A model generated the notes under the pieces. It saw only the letters and a program-made list of their open reading frames with translations, was not told the DNA's origin and did not search any database. Of a stretch of 64,000 nt of DNA, positions 46,785 through 56,530 are shown piece by piece. The position numbers and the translations under genes were made by a program. This DNA comes from Erysipelotrichaceae bacterium. GTDB lineage: Bacteria; Bacillota_I; Bacilli_A; RFN20; CAG-826. How positions within the stretch are numbered: the stretch's first letter is position 1; the number at the start of each line of letters is the position of its first letter. Location: the NCBI GenBank assembly GCA_015058945.1, contig SVBF01000007.1, positions 66,230 through 130,229 on the forward strand, given 5' to 3'.

Positions 46785-47683
46785 TCGTCACCCTCACCTT
46801 CTCCCCCGCCATCGACTATGTCGTCGACCTCGATCACCTCGAGAAAGGGGCCATCAACCGCTCCCGCGGCGAACACTGCATGCCCGGCGGCAAGGGCATC
46901 AACGTCTCGATCGTCCTGGCGAACCTCGGCCGCAAATCGATCGCCACCGGCTTCCTCGGCGGCTTCACCGGGGATTACATCGAAGGGGAACTCCGGAAAC
47001 GGGGCATCGAATCCGGCTTCGTCCAAGTCGACGGCAACACCCGCATCAACGTCAAACTCCGCGGCGAAGAAGAGACGGCCATCAACGGCCAAGGCCCCCA
47101 CATCACCGAAAAGCAGATCGAGGAACTCATCGTCTTCTTGGAGAAACTGACCAAAGAGGACCTCCTCGTCATATCCGGCACCGTCCCCTCCTCCTTGCCG
47201 AGCGACATCTACGAAAAGATCTTGGCCCGCATCGAGGACCGCCATGTCCAGCTCATCGTGGACGCGACCGGCGACATCCTGCTCAACACCCTCAAATACC
47301 GCCCGCTTCTCGTCAAACCCAACCAAGAGGAGCTAGAGGAAATGTTCCATACCGTCATTCATGACGAAGAGGAACTCATCGAAAACGCGAAGAAACTATT
47401 GGATTTAGGGGCCAGTAACGTCATCGTCTCCCTCGGCGGGGATGGGGCGTTGCTCGTGGGTAAGGGCATAGCGCCCCTCCACCTCAAAGCCCCCAAAGGC
47501 AAAGTCGTGAACACCGTTGGGGCGGGGGATTCCCTCGTCGCCGGCTTCATCGACGAATACGTCAGCTCAGGAAATATCGCGAAAGCCTTCAGACAAGGCA
47601 TCGCGACGGGCAGCGCATCCGCTTTCTCCGAAGGGCTAGCCACCCGCGAGGAAGTCGAGGCCCTGCTCAATACGATGGAATAA
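46781..47683 (+). CDS. fruK: 1-phosphofructokinase (PfkB family)
   Basis: MIVTLTFSPAIDYVV ... GAGDSLVAGF. Confidence 0.85.
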   Translation: MIVTLTFSPAIDYVVDLDHLEKGAINRSRGEHCMPGGKGINVSIVLANLGRKSIATGFLGGFTGDYIEGELRKRGIESGFVQVDGNTRINVKLRGEEETAINGQGPHITEKQIEELIVFLEKLTKEDLLVISGTVPSSLPSDIYEKILARIEDRHVQLIVDATGDILLNTLKYRPLLVKPNQEELEEMFHTVIHDEEELIENAKKLLDLGASNVIVSLGGDGALLVGKGIAPLHLKAPKGKVVNTVGAGDSLVAGFIDEYVSSGNIAKAFRQGIATGSASAFSEGLATREEVEALLNTME

Positions 47684-47701
47684 GAAAGGAGGATAGAAGA
47701 C

Positions 47702-49708
47702 ATGAAAATAACGGATCTACTATCAGAAAAAACCATCGACGTGGGAGCGTCCGCAGCTTCCAAAGAAGACATCATCCGGCAAGCCGTCGCGCTCATCGGC
47801 AAATCCGGGGCCATCACCGACCTCGAAACCTAACAGAAAGGGGTTTTCAAGAGGGAGGAGGAATCCACCACCGGCATCGGCGAAGGCATCGCCATCCCCC
47901 ACTGCAAATCCGACGTCGTCGCCAAGCCGGCTCTAGCCGCCATGGTGATCAAAGACGGGGTCGACTATGCCTCCCTCGACGGGGAAAAGGTCAACCTCCT
48001 CTTCCTCATCGCCGCCCCCAACTCCGAGGATAACGTCCACCTCGACGTCCTCGCTCGCTTAAGCGAAATGCTCATGGACGAGGCGTTTAAGAACAAACTC
48101 ATCGCCGCCAAGAGCAAAAAGGAATTCCTCAAGATCATCGACGAAGCCGAGGCCGGCAAGCTCGAAGAGAACGAGGAATCCGTGCAGTTCCCCCGTGTCT
48201 TGGCCGTCACGGGTTGCCCCACCGGCATCGCCCACACCTACATGGCCGAACAAGCCTTGAAGGACAAAGCGAAGGAGATGGGCATCTCCATCAAAGTCGA
48301 GACCAATGGTTCCGGCGGCATCAAAAACGCCTTGACCGACGAAGAGATCGAACGCTGCGAAGGCATCGTCGTCGCCGCGGACGTCCAAGTCGAAATGGAC
48401 CGTTTCGCCGGCAAGCGCGTCGTCCAAGTCGCCGTCGCCAAAGGCATCCATGAACCCGAGGCCTTGATCAACCAGGCCCTCGATCCCAATACCCCCGTCT
48501 TCAAAGCGGGCGAAGAGAGGAAGACCTCCGGCGGCGGAGGAAAGCAATCCATCGGCCGTCAGATCTACAAGCACTTGATGAGCGGCGTGAGTCACATGCT
48601 CCCCTTCGTCATCGGCGGCGGTATCCTCATCGCCATCGCCTTCTTGATCGACACCATCGCCGGTAACGCCGGCAGCAGCGCCTTCGGCTCGGTCAACCCC
48701 GTCGCCGGTTGGTTCAAGACCGTCGGCGGCTATGCCTTCAACTTCATGGTCTGGGTCCTGGCCGGCTTCATCGCCTACTCCATCACCCGCCAGAGCAAAG
48801 GCGCCCTCGCCGTCGGTATGGTCGGCGGCTTCATCGCGACCCAATCCAACTTCAACATCCTCGCCTCCATCATGGGCGCGGATTACCCCTATGAGGCCAA
48901 CGCCGGCTTCCTAGGCGGCATCGTGGCCGGCTTTGCCGCGGGCTATATCGTCCTCGGCCTCAACCGCCTCTTCTCCTTCTTGCCAAAGTCCTTGGATTCC
49001 CTCAAGGCCACGCTGGTCGTGCCGGTGCTCGGCACCCTTTCCATCGGCCTCACCATGTACTTGGTGAACACCCCGCTCATCTACGTCAACATCGGCTTCA
49101 CCAACATGTTGAACTGGCTCGCCAACAACAACCTCACCATCCTCCTCTGCGCCTTGCTCGGCGGCATGATGGCCGTCGATATGGGCGGCCCCGTCAACAA
49201 AGCGGCCTACGTCTTCGCCGTCGGCTCCTTGGCTTCCGCTAGCGCCACCAACCCCTCCGGCTACATCATCATGGCGGCCGTCATGGCCGGTGGCATGGTC
49301 CCGCCGTTAGGCATCGCCATCTCCGCCAACCTCTTCCCACAGAAGTACAACAAGTCCGAGCGCCGCGACGCCTACGTCAACTACGTCATGGGTGCCTCCT
49401 TCATCACCGAAGGCGCCATCCCCTTCGCCGCGAGCGACCCCTGGCGCGTCATCCTTTCCAGCGCCCTCGGCAGCGCCGCCGCCGGCTTATTCACCGGACT
49501 CTTCGGCTGCCAGCTCTTGGCCCCTCACGGCGGCGTCTTCGTCCTCGCCACCATCCAACCTTCCGGCTGGACCATCCTGCTCTACCTGCTCGCCATCGTC
49601 ATCGGTTCCTTCATCACCGCCCTCATGCTTGGTATCCTTAAGAAGAACCATGCCAATCCCGAGTTAGGCAAATGGAAAGGCATCAACTTCCCCTGGACCA
49701 AAAAATAA
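47702..49708 (+). pseudogene. fruA: PTS fructose transporter IIABC with in-frame TAA at codon 44 (47831-47833)
   Basis: ATG at 47702 (MKITDLLSEKTIDVGASAASKEDIIRQAVALIGKSGAITDLET*) continues in the same frame through the EIIA His motif GIGEGIAIPHCK into the track ORF 47942..49708 (IIB VLAVTGCPTGIAHTY, then IIC). Confidence 0.6.
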
Positions 49709-49728
49709 ACGAATAAGGAGGATCAACC

Positions 49729-49986
49729 ATGAAATCGTTCGTTTACGTCATCAAAGACAAAGAAGGCATCCACGCCCGCCCCGCCGGGGTCGTCGTGGCC
49801 GAAGCCAAGAAATACGCCTCTGCCGTCTCCATCGAGAACAAAGGCAAAAAGGCCGACCTCAAGCGCATCTTCGGCGTCATGTCGCTATGCGTGAAGTCCG
49901 GCGAAGAAGTCAAAATCACCTGCGAAGGCGCCGACGAAGAGGCCGCCTCCGCCGCGTTAGAGACCGTCTTCAAGGAAAACCTCTGA
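49729..49986 (+). CDS. ptsH: Phosphocarrier protein HPr
   Basis: GIHARPAG and 85 aa. Confidence 0.85.
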   Translation: MKSFVYVIKDKEGIHARPAGVVVAEAKKYASAVSIENKGKKADLKRIFGVMSLCVKSGEEVKITCEGADEEAASAALETVFKENL

Positions 49987-49987
49987 T

Positions 49988-51631
49988 ATGGGTTCCTATA
50001 AAGGTTCCCGCGTCTTTGAGGGATATGCCCTTGGCAAACTCGCCGTCTATGCCACCGTCAAGGTGGAGAAGGCGGCTGGCTTAGGCCAAGACAAAGAATT
50101 CGCCCGCTTCGAAAAAGCCAGGGCCGCCACCATCGCGGCCTTGGATCGCTCCTACATGGAGACCCTCTCCAAACTCGGGGAGGAGGAAGCCGCCTTGTTC
50201 GCCACCCACAAACTGATGGCGGAAGACCTCGACTTCGAAGACGCCGTCCGCGCCGAACTGGAGACCGGCGTGTCCGCCGAATACGCGGTCCACGCCGCCG
50301 GGGGACAGCTCGCCGAGATGTTCGCCTCCATGGATGACGCCTACATGAAAGAGCGCGCCAACGACGTCCGCGAGGTCGCCGCCCGCATCGTCACGGCCTT
50401 GCGCCAAAAGGAAGATGGCTTCGCTTTGACCGAGCCCTCCATCATCCTCTGCGAGGATCTCCCTTCCTCCGAGCTCATGAAGCTCGACAAGAAGCTGATC
50501 CTCGGCATCGTCTTTGCCAAAGGCGGCACCAATAGCCACGTCTCCATTTTGACCCGCATGTTGGAAATCCCCGCCATCTGTGGCATCGAAGATCTCGAGG
50601 TGGACCGCAAGCTCGACGGCATCTTCGCCGTGCTCGACGCCTTAAAGAGCGAGCTGCTCATCGCCCCCGATGGCGACGAGATCTCCAAATACCTCGCGAA
50701 AAAGAAGGAATACGAGGCCAATAAGGCCAAACTCCAGGCCTTCAAAGGCAAGCCGACCTTGAGCAAGGACGGCAAAAAGGTCGAGATCTACAACAACATC
50801 GCCTCTTCCTTCGAGGTCGAAAACGCCCTCCGCAACGACGCGGAAGGCATCGGTCTCTTCCGTTCCGAGTTCATCTATCTCGACGCCAAGGACTACCCCG
50901 GCGAAGAGGAACAGTTCGAACACTATAAGCGCGTCGTTGAGGCGATGGGCGAGAAACAAGTCATCATCCGCACCCTCGACATCGGCGCCGACAAGAAGAT
51001 CGATTACTTCGATCTGCCCGACGAAGAAAACCCTGCCTTGGGCTTCCGCTCCATCCGCATCTGCCGCGCCAGACCCGAGATCTTCCTCGTCCAGCTCCAA
51101 GCCCTCTATAGGGCCTCCGCCTATGGCAACCTCGCCGTGATGGTCCCCATGATCATCTCCCTTGAGGAAGTCGACTTCATCCACCAGATGGCGGCCTTAG
51201 CGAGAGAAAACCTCGACGCCAGAGGCTTGCCCTACAAGAAGGACATGAAGATCGGCATCATGGTCGAGACCCCCGCCGCGGCGGTCTGCTCGGACCTGCT
51301 CGCGAAGAAGGTGGACTTCTTCTCCATCGGCACGAACGACCTCAGCCAATACACCTTGGCGATCGACCGCGTGAACCCCAACCTCTCCCTCTCCTTCAAC
51401 CCCCGTCATAAGGCGGTGTGCCGTCTCATCAAACTCGCGACCGAAAACGCCCATCGGGCCGGTATCCCCATCGGCATCTGCGGCGAACTCGCCCGCGACG
51501 AGAAACTGCTCCCCTTCTTCTTGAGGATCGGGGTCGATGAGCTCTCCGTCTCCCCGGCCTACACCTTATCGTTGAGGAAACAGATCTCTCATATCGATAC
51601 CCGTCAGGTCGACGAAGGAAAATACATCTGA
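49988..51631 (+). CDS. ptsI: Phosphoenolpyruvate--protein phosphotransferase (Enzyme I)
   Basis: 547 aa with the GGTNSHVSILTR phospho-His region and a PEP-utilizing C-terminal domain. Confidence 0.9.
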   Translation: MGSYKGSRVFEGYALGKLAVYATVKVEKAAGLGQDKEFARFEKARAATIAALDRSYMETLSKLGEEEAALFATHKLMAEDLDFEDAVRAELETGVSAEYAVHAAGGQLAEMFASMDDAYMKERANDVREVAARIVTALRQKEDGFALTEPSIILCEDLPSSELMKLDKKLILGIVFAKGGTNSHVSILTRMLEIPAICGIEDLEVDRKLDGIFAVLDALKSELLIAPDGDEISKYLAKKKEYEANKAKLQAFKGKPTLSKDGKKVEIYNNIASSFEVENALRNDAEGIGLFRSEFIYLDAKDYPGEEEQFEHYKRVVEAMGEKQVIIRTLDIGADKKIDYFDLPDEENPALGFRSIRICRARPEIFLVQLQALYRASAYGNLAVMVPMIISLEEVDFIHQMAALARENLDARGLPYKKDMKIGIMVETPAAAVCSDLLAKKVDFFSIGTNDLSQYTLAIDRVNPNLSLSFNPRHKAVCRLIKLATENAHRAGIPIGICGELARDEKLLPFFLRIGVDELSVSPAYTLSLRKQISHIDTRQVDEGKYI

Positions 51632-51641
51632 TCGTCGATTA

Positions 51642-51670
51642 GGCCACGGAGTCCCGTGGCCGTTTTTATT
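51642..51670 (+). terminator. Rho-independent terminator of the PTS operon
   Basis: GGCCACGGAGTCCCGTGGCC + GTTTTTATTT. Confidence 0.7.
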
Positions 51671-51699
51671 TCACCTCATCAAATCATCTCATCAAAGGC

Positions 51700-51870
51700 G
51701 GGCGACGCGCGTGCAGACGTTTTTCTTGAGCACGCGTTCGGGGCGGGTGGCCCAAAAGTTATCGTAGGTGACATCCCAGATGATGCATTGGCCGTCTCAT
51801 AGTAGACGTAGTCCTTCTGCTCGCCGGTAAGCACGTCATAGACGGCTTTGGCAAAATGGAGATCGAAGTT
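51700..51870 (-). pseudogene. Probable C-terminal gene remnant with frameshift
   Basis: The minus-strand translation reads ...AKAVYDVLTGEQKDYVYYE then, after a 1-nt shift, TGQCIIWDVTYDNFWATRPERVLKKNVCTRVARL*. There is no start codon or RBS. Confidence 0.3.
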
Positions 51871-54012
51871 TTATCTTTCCTTTCTGCGTCTCAAGGCGAA
51901 GAAACTTCCAACGGAAAGGATGGAAGCGATCGCGAGGAGGGCAACGACCACCGCCGCACCGTTATTGACTCGGCTAACAGAAAGAGGCTTAGGGACGGAT
52001 GTGAGTTGGATCAGTCCCGCTTCCTTGCGGTTCATGAAGTCGGCTAGGCCATATCTGCTGACGATATAGTCGTAGCGGTCGACGATATCCGCCACCGTCC
52101 CATATTCCTCTTTGTTATGGGTGTAGGTGGTACTCGCGATCCTTCCTTGGGCATCGGGGCTTAAGGCTTTATAGGAGGATGCCACGCTACCCCAAGAAGC
52201 AGTCAGAGCCTCGGCATCGGTAGAGCCATCGCTCTTGCAGGTCTTTGTCCCGTTATTGAAGGCGTCGATAAAGTCCGTCAACTCTTGATTGATCGAAGTG
52301 GTCGCATTGAGCTTATATAGGCTAACCGGGGAATTGGAGGTAGAGGGCTCATAGAGTTTGAAGCGCTCGCTGCCGGATTTTGGGTTATATCGAATCGGCA
52401 ACCCGTTGATTGAGAGGATGTCCTCGCCATAGGAAAGGCTAGCGATTCCTCTTGATGCATCGAATATCGGTTCATTTGTTATTCCGTATTCATTCCCAAG
52501 GAGATAATCTCCATCGGGGAGCTTAACGACGTAGGGCGCGCCACCCAAATCGAAGTTCCTGACGATCTGAACCCTCCTCATATCGATGTCGCGCGATCCG
52601 ACGATCTGGTTGTCGGCGACCTTCGCTTCGAAATAATTCTCCGTGAGGCCAACATAGCCCAGGGAACTGTCGAACAGCTTCGAATGATCCTCATTTTCAT
52701 AGACGAGCAAATAGGTTCCCCGCCAATCCGCAGGCGCATTTGATTCGGTGATTTTGCTGTAACGGGTTGGAAAGTATTCCGCCACGTCGATCGTGTAGGT
52801 GACGGAATAGGAATCGGTATTTTGGTTCATGGTCAAGGTGACGTCGAAGGAACCCTCTTCATTGAGTTCTGCGCCAATCGCCTTAGAGAAGCCGATCCCA
52901 TGAGTGTTCGAAGGCGTAAAGTCGCGATAGGTGATGGGCTGGTCGCCTTTGGTTTTGACGGCATTCACCACGAGCCCCTCGGCTGTGAAGGTATCTCCTA
53001 TGGCATAATGCGTCTTTCCCGGCTTAGCGATTTCAAGAGCGGCGATATGGCTGCTGCCATCGTTGATTTTATAGAGCGCAGGCCACAAATAATTACTATC
53101 TCCAGAGTCAGTGACAACCCAGTGAGAGACATTGGTATCGTAGCGAAGGTAGTTCCCTGGAAAGCCGACGCTTTCGAACTCCCACCGCCCATCTTCGCTA
53201 TCGTAATTGATCTTCCAATCCGCGTTGCCATTTCCGGTTATTGCGATCTTCTTGGAGGAACCGCGAGCTACGGCGCCAAGATAGTTGTACCTGTCATCCC
53301 GTTCGGTAATCGCATAAGCGCCACCCTCTTTTTCTTGCAGCACCCAGACGATGTATTGATCGTTGGTTGTGATGACGTTGTCTTTGATCGTGACGTCTTT
53401 CGCGCCCTGCCCTTCGTTAAAGCTGAAATCGCCCTCATAGAGAGCGTGGGTGCCCGCCGCAATGACATAGTTTCCTCCAGACGAAACGGGGGAAGTGGTT
53501 AATTCGTAATCGCGATAAGCGACTGGGACGATACCGGTCACGTTGATATCAAAGGTCCCTGTGACCGAAGGGCATTCTTTCGAGGTTACCTTCACCGTAT
53601 AGGTTCCGTTCTTTTCAAAAGAAAGGTAGAAGTCGCCGTAACCTTTGTCGAGGTAATAACATGGTTCTTCCCATACCATATCCTCAACTTCTTCTTCATT
53701 CGAATAGACCTTCACGGATACTTCCCGGCTTCCCTTATCCTCCCCGGTTGAATAAGAGACCACGTATTTGACGGTGGCATCGGCTACTGGATAGCCGCCT
53801 CCATCGATCTTCTCTGTATACCCGTCGATGGAAAGATCGATGCTAGAGACGACGACGCCAGCGTCCATCTTCTGTTTGGGAGTGACTAGTGAGACCTTCG
53901 TTTCGCTTGAGAGAGCTTTATCGCCGGATACGATGGTCACGGAGGCCCCTGCTCCTAGAGTCACCATGGAGCCTAGAAGCAATGCCGAGACCTTGGTTAA
54001 TAATTTACCCAT
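51871..54012 (-). CDS. Large cell-surface protein with signal peptide and C-terminal TM anchor
   Basis: 713 aa, N-terminus MGKLLTKVSALLLGSMVTLGAGASV, C-terminus AAVVVALLAIASILSVGSFFALRRRKER. No LPXTG motif. Confidence 0.7.
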   Translation of the reverse strand: MGKLLTKVSALLLGSMVTLGAGASVTIVSGDKALSSETKVSLVTPKQKMDAGVVVSSIDLSIDGYTEKIDGGGYPVADATVKYVVSYSTGEDKGSREVSVKVYSNEEEVEDMVWEEPCYYLDKGYGDFYLSFEKNGTYTVKVTSKECPSVTGTFDINVTGIVPVAYRDYELTTSPVSSGGNYVIAAGTHALYEGDFSFNEGQGAKDVTIKDNVITTNDQYIVWVLQEKEGGAYAITERDDRYNYLGAVARGSSKKIAITGNGNADWKINYDSEDGRWEFESVGFPGNYLRYDTNVSHWVVTDSGDSNYLWPALYKINDGSSHIAALEIAKPGKTHYAIGDTFTAEGLVVNAVKTKGDQPITYRDFTPSNTHGIGFSKAIGAELNEEGSFDVTLTMNQNTDSYSVTYTIDVAEYFPTRYSKITESNAPADWRGTYLLVYENEDHSKLFDSSLGYVGLTENYFEAKVADNQIVGSRDIDMRRVQIVRNFDLGGAPYVVKLPDGDYLLGNEYGITNEPIFDASRGIASLSYGEDILSINGLPIRYNPKSGSERFKLYEPSTSNSPVSLYKLNATTSINQELTDFIDAFNNGTKTCKSDGSTDAEALTASWGSVASSYKALSPDAQGRIASTTYTHNKEEYGTVADIVDRYDYIVSRYGLADFMNRKEAGLIQLTSVPKPLSVSRVNNGAAVVVALLAIASILSVGSFFALRRRKER

Positions 54013-54263
54013 ATTGGTTCATTCCTTTCCGATTCGACCTAAAGAATCCTAAGGTGAAATAATTCTACACTTTATCGAAGATAAATTAAGTCTCGAACCT
54101 AATCTTTATCCAGCAGCGCACCAAACACCGTTTTGGTGTGCGCTAGAGAAATTTTAGTTGTCTTTGAGTCGTCCCGAAATTTTCAAAAAAATAAAAGAGG
54201 ACCTCGACCACGTCGAGGAAATCCGCAAAAATGGAGCGCGATGCGGGATTGGAATCGCGTTCC

Positions 54264-54395
54264 ATAATTTGCCAAGAACAAGAAAAAAATCGGTTCACGG
54301 CAATTTATATTGTGATGGCATGGCATTGTCTGGCCAAGATTTCTAACATATAATTTGCCACGAACAAGAAAAAAATCGGTTCACGGCAATTTATA
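54264..54395 (+). repeat. Two 46-bp direct repeats (1 mismatch, 86-bp period), each starting with a -10-like ATAAT and holding an AATTTGCC/GGCAATTT inverted pair
   Basis: 54264-54309 and 54350-54395; the second copy ends at the RBS of the 54406 ATPase gene. Confidence 0.7.
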
Positions 54396-54405
54396 GGAGA
54401 CGATT

Positions 54406-55872
54406 ATGGTTGGTAGGAAACGAGAACAGCAAAAACTCAAGTCAGCGTTTCAAAGCAGGCGCGCGGAATTCGTCGGGGTCTATGGTCGCAGGCGTGTAGG
54501 CAAAACATATCTTATCAGCGAGTCCTTTGCGGGAAATTTCGTCTTTCAACACGCCGGGCTTTCCCCAGTGGAAGAAGAGCAAAAGGAAGCGGGATTGACG
54601 GAAGAGGAGAGCGCTGAACGCGCAATGCAGAAGCAGCTGGCCCACTTCCACGCTTCATTGCTCCGCGAAGGCGATGCAAATCCCGAGAAACCCAAAAGCT
54701 GGGAGGAGGCTTTCTTTCGCATGGAAAGGCTGATTGCCAAAAAACGCTCTAAGACAAAAAAAGTCGTTTTTCTCGATGAACTCCCGTGGATGGACACCCC
54801 AAAAGCTGGGTTTATCACCGCTTTGGAGGGCTTCTGGAACACATGGGGATGCCACCAAAACGACCTGCTTTTCATCGTTGCTGGATCAGCGACTTCATGG
54901 ATGACGGACAAACTCATCAATAATCATGGCGGGCTTTATGGCAGGCTCACAAGGGAAATCCGCTTGGATCCGATGACCCTTGGGGAATGCAAGGAACTAT
55001 TTAAGGAAAACGGGGTGGTGATTTCCGATTACGACATCGCTCAGGCTTATATGGTTTTCGGTGGTATCCCCTACTACTTGAATCCGATGGAAAGCTGGCA
55101 AAGCCTTGCCCAATATGTCGACGAATGCTTCTTCAGCGGGAAAGCAACGCTAAAGAGGGAGTTCGATCGGCTATTCGAATCCGTGTTCACCAATCCCGAT
55201 ACCATGAAATCCATCGTCAAGGCATTATTTTGCAGACGCATTGGGCTCACCCGCGCCGAAATCGAGGAAAACACGGGGGTTAAAACCGGAGGAGGGTTAA
55301 CGCGTTATCTCAATGCCTTAGCAGACAGCGATTTCATCGTGGAGTATTTCCCGTTTGGAATGGGAAAGAGAGAGCCTTACTATAGGCTAAGCGATCCTTT
55401 TTGCTGGTTCTATCTATCCTTCGTTGAGGGTAAGAAAGGGCTCCCGGCGAACTTTTGGCAGGGGAACACGGCCTCGCAGAGAATCGTTTCGTGGCGAGGA
55501 CTTGCGTTCGAAAACCTATGTTTCCTCCACGTTCCGCAGATCAAGGCGGCCCTTGGAGTCGCCGCGGTGACAAGCGAGGAATCGGCATTCACCAAGCGCG
55601 GGGACAGCCAAGAGCAAGGCGGGCAAATCGACCTTCTCATCCTACGCGCTGATAACATCACCGACCTTTGCGAAGCGAAGTTTGCCTCAGGGAGATACAA
55701 GTTGGGGAAGAGCGAATACCTGAAACTCAGCGATAGAGAGGCGATCGTCAGTGAATTGCTTCCAAAGAAGCATGCGGTTCATAAAGTTTTGCTGACAACC
55801 TTCGGGATTGCCGACAATGAGTATAGGTGGACATTCAATTCGGTCGTCACACTCGAGGATTTAATGAAGTGA
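54406..55872 (+). CDS. ATPase_2 (archaeal-type AAA) + DUF234 family ATP-binding protein
   Basis: Walker A GRRRVGKTYL, Walker B VVFLDELPWM. Paralogous to 56518..57954. Confidence 0.75.
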   Translation: MVGRKREQQKLKSAFQSRRAEFVGVYGRRRVGKTYLISESFAGNFVFQHAGLSPVEEEQKEAGLTEEESAERAMQKQLAHFHASLLREGDANPEKPKSWEEAFFRMERLIAKKRSKTKKVVFLDELPWMDTPKAGFITALEGFWNTWGCHQNDLLFIVAGSATSWMTDKLINNHGGLYGRLTREIRLDPMTLGECKELFKENGVVISDYDIAQAYMVFGGIPYYLNPMESWQSLAQYVDECFFSGKATLKREFDRLFESVFTNPDTMKSIVKALFCRRIGLTRAEIEENTGVKTGGGLTRYLNALADSDFIVEYFPFGMGKREPYYRLSDPFCWFYLSFVEGKKGLPANFWQGNTASQRIVSWRGLAFENLCFLHVPQIKAALGVAAVTSEESAFTKRGDSQEQGGQIDLLILRADNITDLCEAKFASGRYKLGKSEYLKLSDREAIVSELLPKKHAVHKVLLTTFGIADNEYRWTFNSVVTLEDLMK

Positions 55873-55886
55873 GGAAAGAGGCCGAA

Positions 55887-56315
55887 ATGGTTGTTATCCG
55901 AGATATTCGAGAAAAGGATTACCCCGAGGTGGCGCGCATTTGGCGCGATGTCCTCGGTATCCCCGTGACGGATGAGTGCCTAGCGGAAACCTATGACAAA
56001 ATGGGCAAAGACGACCGCTACGCCACTTTCGTCGCGGAAGAGAACGGAAAGATCGTCGGTCTAATCGCGACGGTCGTTTGCCTTGCGATCGGTCATCCTA
56101 GCGGATACACCAAGATCAATGGACTCGGCGTGCTCCCCGAGCATCGGGGCAAGGGAATCGGCAGGATGCTCATAGAAAGGGCTGAAGAGTCCGCGAAGGC
56201 CAATGGGACAATGTATCTCGGCCTTGCTTCGGGGCTTCAGCGCAAGACGGCGCATGCCTTCTATGAACACATGGGTTACCAAAAGACATCCTACTGGTTC
56301 AGGAAAAGGCTTTAG
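55887..56315 (+). CDS. GNAT family N-acetyltransferase
   Basis: Start MVVIRDIREKDYPEV is preceded by GAGGAAAGAGG. Acetyl-CoA motif RGKGIGRMLIERAEE. Confidence 0.7.
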   Translation: MVVIRDIREKDYPEVARIWRDVLGIPVTDECLAETYDKMGKDDRYATFVAEENGKIVGLIATVVCLAIGHPSGYTKINGLGVLPEHRGKGIGRMLIERAEESAKANGTMYLGLASGLQRKTAHAFYEHMGYQKTSYWFRKRL

Positions 56316-56486
56316 GCATTTTATATAGCCCGATTCCGTCTCCAAAAAAGCGTTGATTATTTGTAGGCCAGCCATTGTGCAAAACAATCAATATCTTTTG
56401 ATTCCATCGGAATAATCTGAAAATAGCGGAGCGCGATGCGGGTACAAGGTCAAACGTTGTTTGCTCATTGAACACATTTATAAAAG

Positions 56487-56530
56487 AGCGGTTTTTTGTG
56501 TTTTCATCATTTTCCGCTCAGTTATGTTTC
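56487..56530 (+). repeat. Element E1: GAGCGG-22 nt AT-rich-CCGCTCA inverted-repeat element overlapping the stop codon of the 56518..57954 gene
   Basis: aaagagcggttttttgtgttttcatcattttccgctcagttatg; about 80% identical to E2 at 57995-58040. Confidence 0.6.

Noticed and set aside
54233-54262. The 16-mer and its flank as a tRNA 3'-end-like att duplication (RC resembles ...TTCCAATCCCGCATCGCGCTCCA)
   Set aside because: The T-stem 5' strand needed to pair with CCCGC is absent in the longest copy, so it does not fold as a tRNA T-arm/acceptor. I kept only the neutral recurrent-motif description.
54158-54346. 62-aa plus-strand ORF across the promoter repeats, and a 39-aa minus-strand ORF across motif 1
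   Set aside because: Both overlap the 46-bp direct repeats and the 16-mer. They have no RBS and are most likely non-coding regulatory DNA.
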